Below, piece after piece: positions 62,995-64,000 of a stretch of 64,000 bases of DNA. Source of the stretch: Gemmatimonas sp. (GTDB taxonomy: Bacteria > Gemmatimonadota > Gemmatimonadetes > Gemmatimonadales > Gemmatimonadaceae); NCBI GenBank assembly GCA_965279375.1, contig OZ257156.1, forward strand, positions 2,048,001 to 2,112,000, written 5' to 3'. The position numbers were made by a program, and so were the translations under genes. Position 1 is the first letter of the stretch; the number at the start of each line of letters is the position of its first letter. The notes below the pieces were generated by a model. The model ran no database searches, was not told where the DNA came from, and was given only the letters and a program-made list of their open reading frames with translations.

Positions 62995-63082
62995 CACAGC
63001 ACCACGTCGTTGATCTGCGACGACCGAAGTCGTAAGGTTCAGCCGATCGTACGATGCCGCCGCAACGGCGGACGATAGGCAG

Positions 63083-64000
63083 GTGAATTCCCGACGAAGG
63101 GGCAATGCCGCCGATGCGAACACGATGACGGAAGATGATGAGCGGCTCACCTGGACGGCGGAACATGCCGTCTGGACGGGCTCCTCTTCCGCGCAGTCGT
63201 TCCACGATCTCGCCAGACTCGCTGCACTCGCGTTCGATGTGCCCATGGCCATGGTCGCGCTGCGCGAGAGTGGGGTGGATCGCATTGAGGCGGGAGTTGG
63301 AATTGAAGATGCGCACACCGCGCCTGCCGTGCTTCGCCTCTCCGCAGCGCTCGACTCATCGAGCGACGAAATTCTCGTGGTGGCGGACACGCTCGACGAC
63401 CCCCGCACCGCGGTCGATCCGATTGTCACCGGTGTGCCCGGCGTCCGCTTCTATCTCCAGGCCCCGATTCGCGCCGCGACTGGCGATGCGGTCGGCACCA
63501 TTTATCTGCTTGGCCGTCATCCATTCAGTCCGGACGCGCGAGCGTTCGCGCAGCTTCGCGTGATTCGCAATCGCGTCGCCGAGGAGATCGCACGGCTTGA
63601 CGAGCGCTTGACCAGGCCGGACACCACGGATGTCCTCGCGCAGGAGCGTCGTGCGCTTCAGGAGACGGCCGCGGCGTACCGCATGTTGATCGAGCAGAGC
63701 GGGGACGCGCTGTTTGTGGTCGATGCCCGGAGCATGCGAATCGTGGAAACGAACGCCAGCGCCACGGGGCTCTTCGGATACACGCGCGACGAGATCCTGC
63801 AGCTGCGTACGAGTGATCTGATCCTTCCGGACGATATGCCGATTCTGCTCGGTGCCATCGCCGACATCGAAGCAGGCAAGCGCGTGATCGCGACGAGGAG
63901 ACTGCGTCGCAAGGATGGCTCGCTCTTCTGGGGTGAAGTTATCACCAGCAAGCTCGCGGACGGGCGACGCCAGAGCATCGTTCGCAACGTGGCGGAGCGA
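63083..64000 (+). CDS. 3'-truncated GAF + PAS sensory protein (histidine kinase or cyclase likely)
   Basis: Manual translation (not in the ORF track): FHDLARLAALAFDVPMAMV...VVADTLDDPR...VRFYLQAPI...GTIYL (GAF), then YRMLIEQSGDALFVVD...N...LFGYTRDE...RRKDGS (PAS); open to the window end. Confidence 0.88.
   Translation, partial: MNSRRRGNAADANTMTEDDERLTWTAEHAVWTGSSSAQSFHDLARLAALAFDVPMAMVALRESGVDRIEAGVGIEDAHTAPAVLRLSAALDSSSDEILVVADTLDDPRTAVDPIVTGVPGVRFYLQAPIRAATGDAVGTIYLLGRHPFSPDARAFAQLRVIRNRVAEEIARLDERLTRPDTTDVLAQERRALQETAAAYRMLIEQSGDALFVVDARSMRIVETNASATGLFGYTRDEILQLRTSDLILPDDMPILLGAIADIEAGKRVIATRRLRRKDGSLFWGEVITSKLADGRRQSIVRNVAER

Noticed and set aside
1..64000. tRNA, rRNA, tmRNA or RNase P genes
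   Set aside because: No cloverleaf/T-loop-CCA pattern or conserved rRNA/RNase P motifs were seen in the intergenic regions. A covariance search would be needed to exclude them fully.

Overview
GC-rich bacterial chromosomal segment. The gene repertoire (many lipoproteins, carboxypeptidase-regulatory-domain TonB receptors, a VPS10/BNR hydrolase) suggests Gemmatimonadota; this is inference. All family assignments come from motif recognition by eye, not database searches. Layout: (1-6963) cluster of surface lipoproteins with cohesin-like and dockerin-like modules, the second gene preceded by a c-di-GMP-I (GEMM)-like riboswitch motif; (6979-8748) HExxH metallopeptidase lipoprotein; (8961-14476) defence islet with three toxin-antitoxin pairs around a frameshifted MmeI-like type IIL restriction-modification gene; (16581-27422) putative peptidoglycan/amino-sugar scavenging locus (NamZ, two serine hydrolases, NAGPA-like enzyme, TonB receptor, putative glycoside hydrolase); ECF sigma/anti-sigma/DUF4097 operon; second TonB receptor with DUF4249 lipoprotein; GMC dehydrogenase pair; a secreted two-domain gamma-carbonic anhydrase whose catalytic residues are split between its domains; an alpha-glucan cluster (SSS, malQ, MFS, GH13, glgA, glgC); a strongly self-complementary ~270-nt intergenic element; M1 peptidase, HU, VPS10-type hydrolase and a partial GAF-PAS sensor. 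No rRNA, tRNA, CRISPR array, integrase or transposase was recognised. Best candidates for new biology: the riboswitch-led cohesin/dockerin lipoprotein system, the split-active-site gamma-CA and the structured intergenic element at 50797-51067.
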